In this document: positions 35,549 through 45,163 of the stretch, in pieces
How the letters are laid out: each line of letters begins with the position of its first letter
Numbering within the stretch: the first letter of the stretch is position 1
IMG/VR virus record: IMGVR_UViG_3300025653_000027
Length of the DNA stretch: 64,000 bases
Source: an uncultured virus (IMG/VR IMGVR_UViG_3300025653_000027)
Taxonomy: Duplodnaviria; Heunggongvirae; Uroviricota; Caudoviricetes
Direction: 5' to 3' (one strand)
Position numbers and translations under genes: made by a program
Notes under the pieces: model-generated
Database searches by the model: none
Told to the model about the DNA's origin: nothing
The model's input: the letters and a program-made list of their open reading frames with translations, nothing else

Positions 35549-35731
35549 ATGACAAGCTCTTTACCCGAAGGTCAAGTAGGCACCGAAGGTGATTACTTTG
35601 ATATCACCAAATTTGAAGAACTGCTGAATCGCCTGGAATCCTCCAAAGGCCGCCAGCAGCGCCAAAAATCCTTGGAAGGCCGTCGCGACATCTACGCGCA
35701 AGGTCTTGCCAGCATGATGTCCAACTTCTGA
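35549..35731 (+). CDS. 60-aa protein, tandem duplicate copy 1
   Basis: 59/60 aa identical to the next ORF; TATAAT at 35520. Confidence 0.85.
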   Translation: MTSSLPEGQVGTEGDYFDITKFEELLNRLESSKGRQQRQKSLEGRRDIYAQGLASMMSNF

Positions 35732-35741
35732 TTTATAAACC

Positions 35742-35924
35742 GTGACTAGTTCTTTACCCGAAGGCCAAGTAGGCACCGAAGGTGATTATTTTGATATCAC
35801 CAAATTCGAAGAGCTTCTGAATCGCCTTGAGTCCTCTAAAGGTCGTCAACAGCGCCAGAAGTCTCTGGAAGGCCGCCGTGACATTTACGCTCAGGGCCTG
35901 GCCACAATGATGAGCAACTTCTAA
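35742..35924 (+). CDS. 60-aa protein, tandem duplicate copy 2 (GTG start)
   Basis: Differs from copy 1 by S55T only. Confidence 0.85.
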   Translation: MTSSLPEGQVGTEGDYFDITKFEELLNRLESSKGRQQRQKSLEGRRDIYAQGLATMMSNF

Positions 35925-35948
35925 TTTTTCTTGTAAGATTGGTGAGCC

Positions 35949-36197
35949 ATGACCAGTAGTGTTCCTGCCGGACAAACAGACGTTGACGATTGGTTTGATT
36001 TAGACAAATATCGTCAAGCAGCTGGCGTGGCTTACGAATTTTCCAAGAAGAAAATGGAGACTGCTGGTGAGCAAGAACGTGAAACCATCGGAAAAGGAGC
36101 TGGAGAGCAACGAGCATCAGCAGCTCAGCAGCAGGAGTTCACAGAAAAAGACGAAGCACGAGATTACAAACAAGCCCAACGAGCTTATCGATATTGA
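35949..36197 (+). CDS. Distant paralogue of the 60-aa pair
   Basis: MTSSVPAGQTDVDDWFDLDKY vs MTSSLPEGQVGTEGDYFDITKF. Confidence 0.7.
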   Translation: MTSSVPAGQTDVDDWFDLDKYRQAAGVAYEFSKKKMETAGEQERETIGKGAGEQRASAAQQQEFTEKDEARDYKQAQRAYRY

Positions 36198-36684
36198 GTT
36201 ATTTGATACCTGGGTGGACAACTTAGATTCTTCTACCCAGGAATCATTTAATTCATTTGCTTCTCAGAATTACTCAGTCATTGAGGTTTATCTTTACTCT
36301 CGATTCCTTGGGTATCGAGGGAGTATTACTGCGTGTGATCTTTGGGTTAATTCCAATTACAAGAAACCTGATCACCGTAAAACACTCTTGTATCAGATCG
36401 ATGAGATGCAAGAAGACATTCGCAAACTCCGTGACGCAATCGAAGACGGTGTTGTGAAGCGTGATGCTGGAGTTGCTCGTATTGCCTCCATGCAAAAAGA
36501 ACTCCGTGGTGCAATTGCACAGGTAGAAGAATTCACTGGCATGAAAGATCGTAAGGGTCTTTTGATGGCTGGTGCTGACCGCGCCATTCGTGAGTTGATG
36601 TTTATCTTCAAGGATGATCCAATTGAGATCCCACTGGAAGAAGCAACAATGAGTGTGTGGTCTCGCATGCAATTGGAAGAATAA
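36067..36684 (+). CDS. Helical protein upstream of TerL (terminase small subunit candidate; start uncertain)
   Basis: Position and coiled-coil character only. Confidence 0.45.
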   Translation: MSKNVKPSEKELESNEHQQLSSRSSQKKTKHEITNKPNELIDIELFDTWVDNLDSSTQESFNSFASQNYSVIEVYLYSRFLGYRGSITACDLWVNSNYKKPDHRKTLLYQIDEMQEDIRKLRDAIEDGVVKRDAGVARIASMQKELRGAIAQVEEFTGMKDRKGLLMAGADRAIRELMFIFKDDPIEIPLEEATMSVWSRMQLEE

Positions 36685-36721
36685 TACGTTTTAGAATTGT
36701 TCTATAAATATCAATAGTCAA

Positions 36722-37000
36722 ATGGGTGCGGGTAATCCACGCAAAGCTGTAAAACTTGCCGGTAAGGGTGTTCGTCCCGGTGATTCAGTCAGTAAGCGTA
36801 AGTTTGCAAAACAGGAAGAAACAGCTCGTCCCCTCGGAGTGCCTGACATGGTTCAGCGTCAGGGGCAACAACCTGGTTACGGTCTTGTGTCTGATCCTGG
36901 AATGCTTGGCCGTGCTTCCCATGGTGCACCTGAGTTTGAACAACTCAAAGCTCGGATGCGTTCGATGGGTCAACTTCGTAACACTGGCGGTAGGATCTGA
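36722..37000 (+). CDS. Hypothetical basic protein
   Basis: ORF; TAGAAT at 36692. Confidence 0.55.
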   Translation: MGAGNPRKAVKLAGKGVRPGDSVSKRKFAKQEETARPLGVPDMVQRQGQQPGYGLVSDPGMLGRASHGAPEFEQLKARMRSMGQLRNTGGRI

Positions 37001-37158
37001 TGGCTAAAGGAAAAATGCCACCCCAGCTTCTTGAGTACTTCAAGAAAAAAGAAGCCAAGAAGGAGGATGGCTCTGAGATGAGCGACAAAGAGAAGCGTAA
37101 AGCCGCTTTAGATAAAGCTCGCAAGTATAAGGATCAAAAACGTAAATCTTCAAAGTAA
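37000..37158 (+). CDS. Small Lys-rich protein (52 aa, MAKGKMPPQLLEYFKKK...)
   Basis: Manually read ORF coupled by TGATG. Confidence 0.6.
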   Translation: MAKGKMPPQLLEYFKKKEAKKEDGSEMSDKEKRKAALDKARKYKDQKRKSSK

Positions 37159-37190
37159 GTTAGTATTCAATTGTTAACTGAATACTGATC

Positions 37191-38717
37191 GTGCCTTCTT
37201 ATATTCACCTGGCCCACAGACGTAATGCTCGCGCTGCGTCCAAGAATTTCAAGGTTAAGGAGAATCCAAACGAGAAGCTACTCGAGAGGGCACGGGAAGA
37301 CTTTGGTTATTTCTGTGATTACGTAGCTGATAAACCTCCGGCAGAACACCATAAAGCCTGGAACCGTCATTTTGTTACGGAAGAAGACAGCTCCTGCCTG
37401 TTGCGTATTGCAGGACCGAATGTCGATCTCCTGGCACCACGGGGCTCAGCTAAAAGCACGGTTCTCGGTTTGCTAACGGCATGGGCCATTGGCATTCATA
37501 CCCAGGCAAAACGTCCATTACAGATTCTTTATCTGTCTTATACGGTTGACATTGCACGTTCTAAGTCCGCAACAATCAAACGTATTATTGAGAGCAAACG
37601 GTATCAAGAAGTTTTCCCTACCGTTCGCCTTTTGAAGAACGTAACCAGTAACGAGTACTGGTCAATTGATCATAAATTTGCAGGTATCGATACAACTGGT
37701 GAAGAACAATTTACCTTGTGTGCTGCAGGTCTCAAGGGTTCAGTGACATCAAAACGATCTCACCTTGTGATGATCGATGACGCAATCAAATCTGCTGCTG
37801 ATATTTCCAACCCTGACATCCGTAAACAGATGCAGGAGAACTGGAACGCGGTTATCGCACCGACCATGTTCGAGGGTGGTAGAGCAATCTGTCTTGGTAC
37901 TCGTTTTAGGCATGATGACATTCATGCGACAACGTTTAATGAGCAGAACAACTGGTCTCAGATTGTTCTCTCTGCCATTTACAACGATCCTGTTAGCGGT
38001 GACGAGAAGTCGTATTGGCCAGAGATGTGGTCACTTGATTATCTAAAGGAAAAGAAAAGACAGGCCCCAATTGCTTTTTCCTTCCAGTACATGAACAAGA
38101 TCATTCGTCAGAATGAGCTGTCCTTGGCACCGGAATTATTGGTTAAAGCTGAGATTTCAACAGAGTTTGATGCTCTTGGAATTGGCGTTGACCTCTCAGC
38201 TGGCACCAAAGAAAAGAATGACTACACCGTAATGGTGTTAGGTGGAAGGATTGGAGATCGCATCCACATCATTGATTACAGGCGTCTCAGGGTGATGGGC
38301 AACCTCGAGAAGTTGGATGCAATGAAGGAACTACTTAATGATTGGTCTGTGATTGGTCGAGATGAAAGTGGAAATTACTTCCCAACTTATTCGACTTGTG
38401 ATATCTGGTCAGAGGCCGTCCAGTACCAGGCATCCCTCGAAGCAGACTTCAAGAGGATTTGCCTGAATAACGAAGGTCTCTACAATTTGATCTGGCATCC
38501 TGTGAAGGGTTTCCGTGCAGACAAGTTGGCACGTTTCCGTGGAATTATGGGAATGTTTGAGGACAGAAAAATCATTTTCAATCGGTACCGGAACTTCACA
38601 AATCTCTTCGAGGAACTCACAAATTTCGGTGTAAGTAGCCATGATGATTGCGTCGATGCGTTGGTTTGGTTGGTAACCGGGTTGATGCGCAAAGGTAAAT
38701 TACAGGTTGATTATTAG
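37191..38717 (+). CDS. terL: Terminase large subunit
   Basis: LAPRGSAKST (Walker A-like), VMIDD (Walker B), GTRF, GVDLS and HDDCVDA (RNase H fold). Confidence 0.93.
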   Translation: MPSYIHLAHRRNARAASKNFKVKENPNEKLLERAREDFGYFCDYVADKPPAEHHKAWNRHFVTEEDSSCLLRIAGPNVDLLAPRGSAKSTVLGLLTAWAIGIHTQAKRPLQILYLSYTVDIARSKSATIKRIIESKRYQEVFPTVRLLKNVTSNEYWSIDHKFAGIDTTGEEQFTLCAAGLKGSVTSKRSHLVMIDDAIKSAADISNPDIRKQMQENWNAVIAPTMFEGGRAICLGTRFRHDDIHATTFNEQNNWSQIVLSAIYNDPVSGDEKSYWPEMWSLDYLKEKKRQAPIAFSFQYMNKIIRQNELSLAPELLVKAEISTEFDALGIGVDLSAGTKEKNDYTVMVLGGRIGDRIHIIDYRRLRVMGNLEKLDAMKELLNDWSVIGRDESGNYFPTYSTCDIWSEAVQYQASLEADFKRICLNNEGLYNLIWHPVKGFRADKLARFRGIMGMFEDRKIIFNRYRNFTNLFEELTNFGVSSHDDCVDALVWLVTGLMRKGKLQVDY

Positions 38718-38750
38718 TCTTAGAATTAAAAAAACAATTTATTTAAGTTC

Positions 38751-39044
38751 GTGGGTCCGGAATATTTGGCAGTCATTGCAACTGCCATCGTTTCTGCATT
38801 TACAGGCGGAACATGGGTAGCCAATAAGATTCTGGACCGTCAACAAGAGCGTGTACAACAGGCTTTTGATTACATTGGTTCGCAGAAAAGAAGGATTGAT
38901 CTCTTGGAAGACCAAGTAAACCGCATGCCAATTGAATACGTTTTAAAAGCAGATTTCCTCAGAGAAATCAAGGAAATGCACGATAACTTTAAGCAAATCA
39001 ATAACAAGCTTGATAAGCTAATGGAAAAGCTTTTGTCGAAATGA
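38751..39044 (+). CDS. N-terminal TM plus coiled-coil protein (holin/spanin-like candidate)
   Basis: YLAVIATAIVSAFTGGTWV TM; YVLKADF...INNKLDKL. Confidence 0.55.
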   Translation: MGPEYLAVIATAIVSAFTGGTWVANKILDRQQERVQQAFDYIGSQKRRIDLLEDQVNRMPIEYVLKADFLREIKEMHDNFKQINNKLDKLMEKLLSK

Positions 39045-39223
39045 ATTACATTGTCGAAGTGCAAGAAGACGATAATGGCAATCCATTCATTACCTTACCA
39101 GATGAATTGGTGGATGAGATGGGGTGGCAAGAGGGGGATGTACTCGACTGGGACCTGAGGGGGAACGGGGTAGTTCTGACAAAGGTAAATGATTCAGCTG
39201 GATATGAAGTTTTAGAGGATTAA
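39041..39223 (+). CDS. AbrB/MazE/SpoVT-like DNA-binding protein
   Basis: FITLPDELVDEMGWQEGDVLDW swapped-hairpin pattern. Confidence 0.7.
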   Translation: MNYIVEVQEDDNGNPFITLPDELVDEMGWQEGDVLDWDLRGNGVVLTKVNDSAGYEVLED

Positions 39224-39248
39224 AATAAGAAGATTAGAAGTTAGAAGA

Positions 39249-39617
39249 ATGTTCCATAGAGGTATTCGATACGCAGGCGAAGGTGCAGGTGTACCTGGCG
39301 CACCAGGCAACCTGATGGCTGGCGGTAATTTCATGGGTGGCCCTGGCAGCGCTATTAATCCTGAAGCCCATAAGAAGGATGCACGCCAGCAAAAAATTTA
39401 TAACAAAGGTCAGGGTACTGATAATCCAAATGAACGAGAAATTTTTCTTCGGCGCACCGGTCCACAGCTTCCTTTAGCCCAGGGTTTCGGTAGTCTCCCT
39501 GGTGCGATTGGCAATATGGGTGGTATTCAAAACGCACAGTTTTACCTGGGTCCTCAATTGGGTCAGGTCCCGATTGGTCAAGTTCCTGCAGGTTTCCAGG
39601 GCGGATACGTTTCTTAA
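39249..39617 (+). CDS. Gly/Pro-rich hypothetical protein
   Basis: ORF; TAAAAT at 39221. Confidence 0.55.
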   Translation: MFHRGIRYAGEGAGVPGAPGNLMAGGNFMGGPGSAINPEAHKKDARQQKIYNKGQGTDNPNEREIFLRRTGPQLPLAQGFGSLPGAIGNMGGIQNAQFYLGPQLGQVPIGQVPAGFQGGYVS

Positions 39618-39618
39618 G

Positions 39619-39765
39619 ATGAAAACTAAAAAGTTGGTCAAAAATGCTCTTAAACATCCAGAGCTTTATGGCCCAGCTGAACTAGCTTTTTTCCGCAAAT
39701 GGCTTGATTCCAAGAAGCGAGCGAAGGCTGCTAAGATCAATAAAGATAAAAAGGAAAATAGTTAA
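39619..39765 (+). CDS. Small basic protein
   Basis: MKTKKLVKNALKHPELYGPAELAFF... Confidence 0.55.
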   Translation: MKTKKLVKNALKHPELYGPAELAFFRKWLDSKKRAKAAKINKDKKENS

Positions 39766-42074
39766 TGTCGGCGGACGCTAAATCTAGGCTTAAGGAAATC
39801 ATTGATTCCTACCTCGATAAAGACGGTGGGTCGATGATTGACACCGGCATTGTCGCGTCTCATCTGGCACAGATGAAACTTTTTGGCGTGCGCCAGGGGG
39901 TTGAGTTTTTTCCTGCACAAGATAACTTTGGCAATCAGCGTAAAGATTTCGTTGACCGTGTAATTAAATACAATCAACTTGATACTCGATTCGATTCAAT
40001 CTGGGATTACTTTCTGTGTGATGGACAAGGACTCTTTTACATCCGCCCAACTGATACTAATTACCGTCTTTATTACTTTCGTCGTCACGAGTATCGGACT
40101 TATTACAACGTCGATGGCGAGCTAGATGAAGTCGTAATCATCTACAGCTACAAGGTTCGTCGTGGTGCTGGATTTGAATCTGAGATTCAAACTACAAATT
40201 TGACTGGTGTCAATGGCATGGGTCAACAGGGCGCAAAACGATATATTCGTTTATCTATTAAACGTACAACAATTGAAGAAACTCATTCAGAAGGTGAGAT
40301 TTCTTTTGAGCAACCTAATTATTCTGTTGGTGGTAAAACCAAGACATTCCGAAATACATTAGGTTTCATCCCTTGTGTTGAGATCTTCAATAACCCGAAG
40401 GGTTTTTCTACAGAGGGAACAGGTGAGTTCGATGCACTTGCGAATCACATCGTCACCCATGATGAGATGGTCCGCACCATGCGGAAGAACGTTACCTTCT
40501 TTGGTAACCCCACACTGCTGTCTTCTCGTCCTAAGACTGACCTGATTGAGTCTGGTGGCGACGCAACAGTTCAACGTCCTTCCATCGCTGCCAACTCTGG
40601 CTTTGCAGGCGCAGGTCCTTTAAGTCGGTCGATGTTTAAGGCTGATCCTGTCAGCCGTGGAGTCGATGGTCAGATTCGCGTTCCACGAGTTATTGCAAAC
40701 CTGGAGCCGAATGATCGTGTTGGCTACATCGTTCCTGATGCGATCACTGGTGATCAGAATTCGTTCGCACGTCAGTACCGCGAAGAAATCCGCACGGCAT
40801 TAGGTGGTGTGGATGAATTATCAATTTCCGCAGGTGTTACTGCAACTGAGTACAAATCTTTGTTCGGTCGTGTTTCTGCAACTGCCAAAAAGAAAGCAAA
40901 TGCAATTTACACGTATGGCATCTGCAGGTGTATTGAACTAATAATTTTTCAAGAAGAAAGGCTTTTCCGTGAAACCCTGGCCGCAGCTGCTGGCCTTGAG
41001 AAGCCCATTACTCCTTCTGAGGGTGCATCACCAGAAGAAGTAAGTATGTATAACGATGCAATGTCCATGTTTGAAGATCAAGTCAAACAATTAATGATGG
41101 CTTGTCTTCGGACTCAACAAATACCTCCCGGTGTATTAGGCTTAATCCCAGATGGTGATATCACTATTCAATGGCGTTGGCTGGGACCCGTATACGAAGA
41201 TTCAACGCAAGACATTCTTAACAACTCAATTGTTGTTAGAAACTTGCAGGAATTAGGTGTTGATAGCATTGAAGCACTGAAATACCTCTTCCCGTCTAAG
41301 ACGGATGAGGAGCGGGCCGAGATGTTATCTGGGTTCCCGTTCAGGATGGTGAACGAATTGCAGGGTGCATACTCTTCATTCGCTCGCTTGGTGGGGGGAA
41401 TGATGCAGACTCCTCACCCGCAATCACCGGATTTACCGATGGCTGCGGATCCGAGATTGGATTTGACGCCATATCTGTATCGAACCTTAGAAGCCTTACA
41501 AAAGGAGATGAGTTATGCAGGACGCTACCGTCCAATCGATCCCACAGACAAGCCAAGCACCAGCAGCAGCAGTGGCTCCAAGCAGCTACGTGGCTCCAGC
41601 ACCGGTTCAACAAGCCCCGGTGGCTTATCAGGTGGGTACCAGCTTCCCGCAGGCGGTTCCGCAGGCGGCCCCCAGCTACCAATCAGCCCCTACTCAGTAC
41701 GCCCCCCAATCCCAACCGGCCCCGGCGGAGCAGGGCAATCCTTGGGAATCGGCGTTCAACAAGGTAGTGAACCTGCTGAGCGCTCCAGTTCAATCCCCGT
41801 TCCAGGGTCAACCGTCTCAACCGACGACTCAATTTACCCCGGCGAACTTCGGACAAGTCAGCCCCCAGGGTACGCCACAATCGGCAGCGCCGACCTCGTA
41901 TCCCAGCCAGGACTACTCGCCCAACTCTTCCCAAACCTCCTCGGGTCCGTCCTTGGAGCAGATCGCGGATTACCTGGATCTGAGCAGCGAAAGCCGTCAG
42001 GTGATCGACGCGTTCGGGGTCGAGGCACCCGCAATTCTGAATCAGTACGCACTAAACCTGGAAGGCGTTCTTGA
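39765..42074 (+). CDS. Portal protein with a long C-terminal extension overlapping the scaffold gene
   Basis: Lies between TerL and capsid; NTLGFIPCVEIFN and SAGVTATE portal-like segments; about 585-aa globular part. Confidence 0.75.
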   Translation: MSADAKSRLKEIIDSYLDKDGGSMIDTGIVASHLAQMKLFGVRQGVEFFPAQDNFGNQRKDFVDRVIKYNQLDTRFDSIWDYFLCDGQGLFYIRPTDTNYRLYYFRRHEYRTYYNVDGELDEVVIIYSYKVRRGAGFESEIQTTNLTGVNGMGQQGAKRYIRLSIKRTTIEETHSEGEISFEQPNYSVGGKTKTFRNTLGFIPCVEIFNNPKGFSTEGTGEFDALANHIVTHDEMVRTMRKNVTFFGNPTLLSSRPKTDLIESGGDATVQRPSIAANSGFAGAGPLSRSMFKADPVSRGVDGQIRVPRVIANLEPNDRVGYIVPDAITGDQNSFARQYREEIRTALGGVDELSISAGVTATEYKSLFGRVSATAKKKANAIYTYGICRCIELIIFQEERLFRETLAAAAGLEKPITPSEGASPEEVSMYNDAMSMFEDQVKQLMMACLRTQQIPPGVLGLIPDGDITIQWRWLGPVYEDSTQDILNNSIVVRNLQELGVDSIEALKYLFPSKTDEERAEMLSGFPFRMVNELQGAYSSFARLVGGMMQTPHPQSPDLPMAADPRLDLTPYLYRTLEALQKEMSYAGRYRPIDPTDKPSTSSSSGSKQLRGSSTGSTSPGGLSGGYQLPAGGSAGGPQLPISPYSVRPPIPTGPGGAGQSLGIGVQQGSEPAERSSSIPVPGSTVSTDDSIYPGELRTSQPPGYATIGSADLVSQPGLLAQLFPNLLGSVLGADRGLPGSEQRKPSGDRRVRGRGTRNSESVRTKPGRRS

Positions 42075-42468
42075 TAGCGCCCTTGCCTGGGGCAGCCGTG
42101 CCGCTGATTCAATCCGTGGTTATGCCGATTTCGCTGTTAATGAGCACCAGGAGAACCTGGCTTACAACGAGATCCTGACCAATCCCGATGTGCTCAGCGA
42201 TTACACCCTGAAGTTCTTCGGTCCCGAAGGTCCTTGCCCGGTGTATGAGAACGAAGCTCAGCTGGAAACCGAAGGTTATCCGACTGCTCCTGCTGCTGCG
42301 ACACAAGGTCAGTTCCCTGCACCTCCTGCAGCTGCCGCTCCTCAGCAACCTGAGAACTTCTGGGGTACGTTCAACGATCAAATGACTCGTGATCCTCAGA
42401 ACGCCTGGCGTGTTCTGAACCAAGCTCAACCTCAGACCGTTGCAAACAAACTATTTGTGATGGAGTGA
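41515..42468 (+). CDS. Putative capsid scaffolding protein
   Basis: Gln/Pro/Ala-rich; AAGGAG SD at 41502-41507; lies between portal and capsid. Confidence 0.7.
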   Translation: MQDATVQSIPQTSQAPAAAVAPSSYVAPAPVQQAPVAYQVGTSFPQAVPQAAPSYQSAPTQYAPQSQPAPAEQGNPWESAFNKVVNLLSAPVQSPFQGQPSQPTTQFTPANFGQVSPQGTPQSAAPTSYPSQDYSPNSSQTSSGPSLEQIADYLDLSSESRQVIDAFGVEAPAILNQYALNLEGVLDSALAWGSRAADSIRGYADFAVNEHQENLAYNEILTNPDVLSDYTLKFFGPEGPCPVYENEAQLETEGYPTAPAAATQGQFPAPPAAAAPQQPENFWGTFNDQMTRDPQNAWRVLNQAQPQTVANKLFVME

Positions 42469-42473
42469 TCCAG

Positions 42474-43025
42474 ATGAAGCCATTAGGACAAACACGTCCG
42501 CTTTTGGCTTATGGAGTTCCCGCCGCCGCAGGTCTTGTGGTTGGCGGGATGCTTTCTAACCAAGGCGAAGATCCAGGCACCGCCGCAATGGGTGGCGCGG
42601 CTGCAGCCTTAGGTGCTCGTGGTGGCCTTGGTGCCGCACGAATGGCAGGCCGGTTTGCACCGTTTTTAACGGAAGCCACCCGTTCTGCAATTGTTCCTGT
42701 TGGTAAAGCGGTTGCCGAAGCAGCTCGTAAAGCACCTGCAGGTAGCAAAAGGATGCAAGCTCTTGAAGGGGGAGCCAATGTCTTGCGTAGTCTTTATCAA
42801 GGTGCAGGACAAATTACTCCTGGAATGGTTCAAAAGAGTGCAGCAGTTGGCGCGGTTCCTCTTGCAGCCGGTCTTGCTGGACTTGGTGGTGTAGCCGCTG
42901 GTGCTATTCCATCAGCTGTTGGCGTTCCTGGGTTCCAGGCACAGATGCCTCTTGATCCAGAGTCTTATGGCTCTAGCAACTCACCCGGTGCTCGTTACAA
43001 GGCATCGACAATGCAGTACATGTAA
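42474..43025 (+). CDS. Ala/Gly-rich putative virion protein
   Basis: Several hydrophobic Gly/Ala helices. Confidence 0.6.
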   Translation: MKPLGQTRPLLAYGVPAAAGLVVGGMLSNQGEDPGTAAMGGAAAALGARGGLGAARMAGRFAPFLTEATRSAIVPVGKAVAEAARKAPAGSKRMQALEGGANVLRSLYQGAGQITPGMVQKSAAVGAVPLAAGLAGLGGVAAGAIPSAVGVPGFQAQMPLDPESYGSSNSPGARYKASTMQYM

Positions 43026-43130
43026 TAAATAAATTACCAACTGCTAAAATTTGTGTTAGATAAGACATAGTAATGTCTGAATCTTTCACCCGATAACATC
43101 AATTCCTGCGACACTGGAGGATAAAACAAA

Positions 43131-44294
43131 GTGTTCATTGATAACGATTTTCCAAAGATTCTTGGTGCGGAACTCTATCGTCCCCACCCTGCTTACATCG
43201 CGGAAATGGCTGTTGAGCCCGTTGTGGTTCATGACTTCACACGTCAGCCCGGTCAGACCGTTCAGTTAGATCGCTACAAGTTCTGGGGTACCCCTGGTAC
43301 GAAGGACAGCCGTGAGCGTATTGCTGATCAGACAATCGGTACCGCTAACAGCCGTAACATCACCAAGGAGAAAGTCCTGGTGGTGCTCAAGGAGTACACA
43401 GGTCCTGCAGACCCGGGTGATCCCACACAGCCTTCGACCTTCAAGATTGCTCGTGAGACCCTGATCACTGCCCAGCGCCTTCTGCTGGACACGGGCAACC
43501 TGAACATGTTCCACCAGAGCATCGGTTCCCTGACCCTGCTCGATGACTATCGCCGTTGGCGTGACCGCGTCTTCATTGACGAACTGTCTAAAGCTGAAGC
43601 AAACGGTGAAGCTTCTTCTTCCCAGGGTGGTTACTACTTTGCTGGTGGTAAGACCAAGGACTCCTCTGGTCGTATCTCCTACACCACCACTGAGTATGAC
43701 AACCAAGTTCAACAGTTCTCGGTTCGTACCGACCTGCTGACTGTTGTTAAGGACCTGCGTAAGCGCAACGTTCCTACATTCTCTGACGGTCTGTATCGCT
43801 GCATCTGCGATCCCGTCTTCATGATGCACCTGCGTCGTGATTCTGACTTCCGTGAGATCGCCCGTTACGCTGGCGCTCCTGGTCAAGGCATGTACATGGG
43901 CAACCCCATGATGCCTAACAACACCAGCTTCTACATGGGTCCCCAGGCTGGTCAGGGTTACTTCCTGGCTGGTGAGCCTGTGATGCCTACTGGTGTTCAG
44001 TTCGAAGGCGTTAAGTTCTTCGAGTCGACCAACTTCCCCAGCAAGAGCGTCAACACCTCCTTCGATAACGGCTCCAGCTATGCCTCGAAGGAAGTTGCTC
44101 AGGGTTACTTCTTCGGTCCTCAAGCTATCGGTGTTGGTATCGGCGGCCCGAACGCTCAGGTGCTGATCAACAACAACGACGACTTCAGCCGTTTCATTAT
44201 CCTGATCTGGCAACTGTATGCAGGTTTCGAAATCCTGAACAAGGACTTCGTTACAACTGCCTTCAGCTACCTGCAAGACGACGGCACTGTTTGA
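43131..44294 (+). CDS. Major capsid protein (N4-gp56-like family)
   Basis: 387 aa, strong high-expression codon bias, GGAGG SD, G..VQLDRY and GVKFFES motifs. Confidence 0.85.
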   Translation: MFIDNDFPKILGAELYRPHPAYIAEMAVEPVVVHDFTRQPGQTVQLDRYKFWGTPGTKDSRERIADQTIGTANSRNITKEKVLVVLKEYTGPADPGDPTQPSTFKIARETLITAQRLLLDTGNLNMFHQSIGSLTLLDDYRRWRDRVFIDELSKAEANGEASSSQGGYYFAGGKTKDSSGRISYTTTEYDNQVQQFSVRTDLLTVVKDLRKRNVPTFSDGLYRCICDPVFMMHLRRDSDFREIARYAGAPGQGMYMGNPMMPNNTSFYMGPQAGQGYFLAGEPVMPTGVQFEGVKFFESTNFPSKSVNTSFDNGSSYASKEVAQGYFFGPQAIGVGIGGPNAQVLINNNDDFSRFIILIWQLYAGFEILNKDFVTTAFSYLQDDGTV

Positions 44295-44327
44295 TCAAAA
44301 TAGTATTTAACATTTAGGACAAAATAG

Positions 44328-45125
44328 ATGAGCTATTTATCTGCTAAGAAAATCTACCCGGGTAACTGGGCAGAAGCTCTGAACGGTTGGTATCGCAATA
44401 TCGACACCACAGACGACGGTACTAATAATGCCTCTAACGGCGGCCCCACTTCGGTGTTGGCCGTCCCTGGCTACCGTTACTTCCAGCAGCGCGGCTACGT
44501 GGCCGTGGCTGCTACTTCTGGTTCCCCCCTGGCAACCGGCAATGTGATCGTTCCTTCCCCTTATCGGAACGACACAACCCGTCCTGATATCACCGGCATG
44601 GTGATCTCTGGCAGCAGCACTCAGCCTGCATACGTGTATCGCACCGCCGTCTCCGTGGCTTCCGGCTGGGGCGACAACCGTGTCTCTTCTGGTGTGTTTG
44701 CTGCTACAGGTAACGTCATCTCCTTCGGTCGCGATGACAGTGGTCCTACCGCTGCTTCCGGCGTTGGTGAAGCCGTGATTCAGGCAAACCTGACCTCCAC
44801 CGTTTCTGGTGACGCTGCTACCAAGATTTACTTCGCTGGTGGTAGCCAAGCTTTCGGTGAAAACCCCTTCATCACCGCTACAGGTGCTGCAGGTGTTTCT
44901 GGTGGCATCGTGTACTACGAAGCAACCGCCGCCACCACCATGAAGGTGTTTGCGAAAGGTACTGCTAACGGCACCAGCACTTCTGGCGGTATTTATATCT
45001 CCGATGCTGACTCGAACGCTGGCCTCACCGGTTACCTGGTTGTGGAAATCTGCTACATCCAACCCGATGACGCCCCTGGCTACGAGGACATCGAAGCTTA
45101 TCTGCCTAACCGTACAGTTAGCTGA
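44328..45125 (+). CDS. Capsid-associated or decoration protein
   Basis: Directly after the MCP with the same codon bias. Confidence 0.65.
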   Translation: MSYLSAKKIYPGNWAEALNGWYRNIDTTDDGTNNASNGGPTSVLAVPGYRYFQQRGYVAVAATSGSPLATGNVIVPSPYRNDTTRPDITGMVISGSSTQPAYVYRTAVSVASGWGDNRVSSGVFAATGNVISFGRDDSGPTAASGVGEAVIQANLTSTVSGDAATKIYFAGGSQAFGENPFITATGAAGVSGGIVYYEATAATTMKVFAKGTANGTSTSGGIYISDADSNAGLTGYLVVEICYIQPDDAPGYEDIEAYLPNRTVS

Positions 45126-45163
45126 ATAAGTTAAACTAGGACCAGAAATTAACTCTGGTCCTT

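Noticed and set aside
43266..45062. Long antisense ORFs (336 aa and 241 aa) opposite the capsid genes
   Set aside because: Expected by-product of strong codon bias in highly expressed genes; no recognisable motifs
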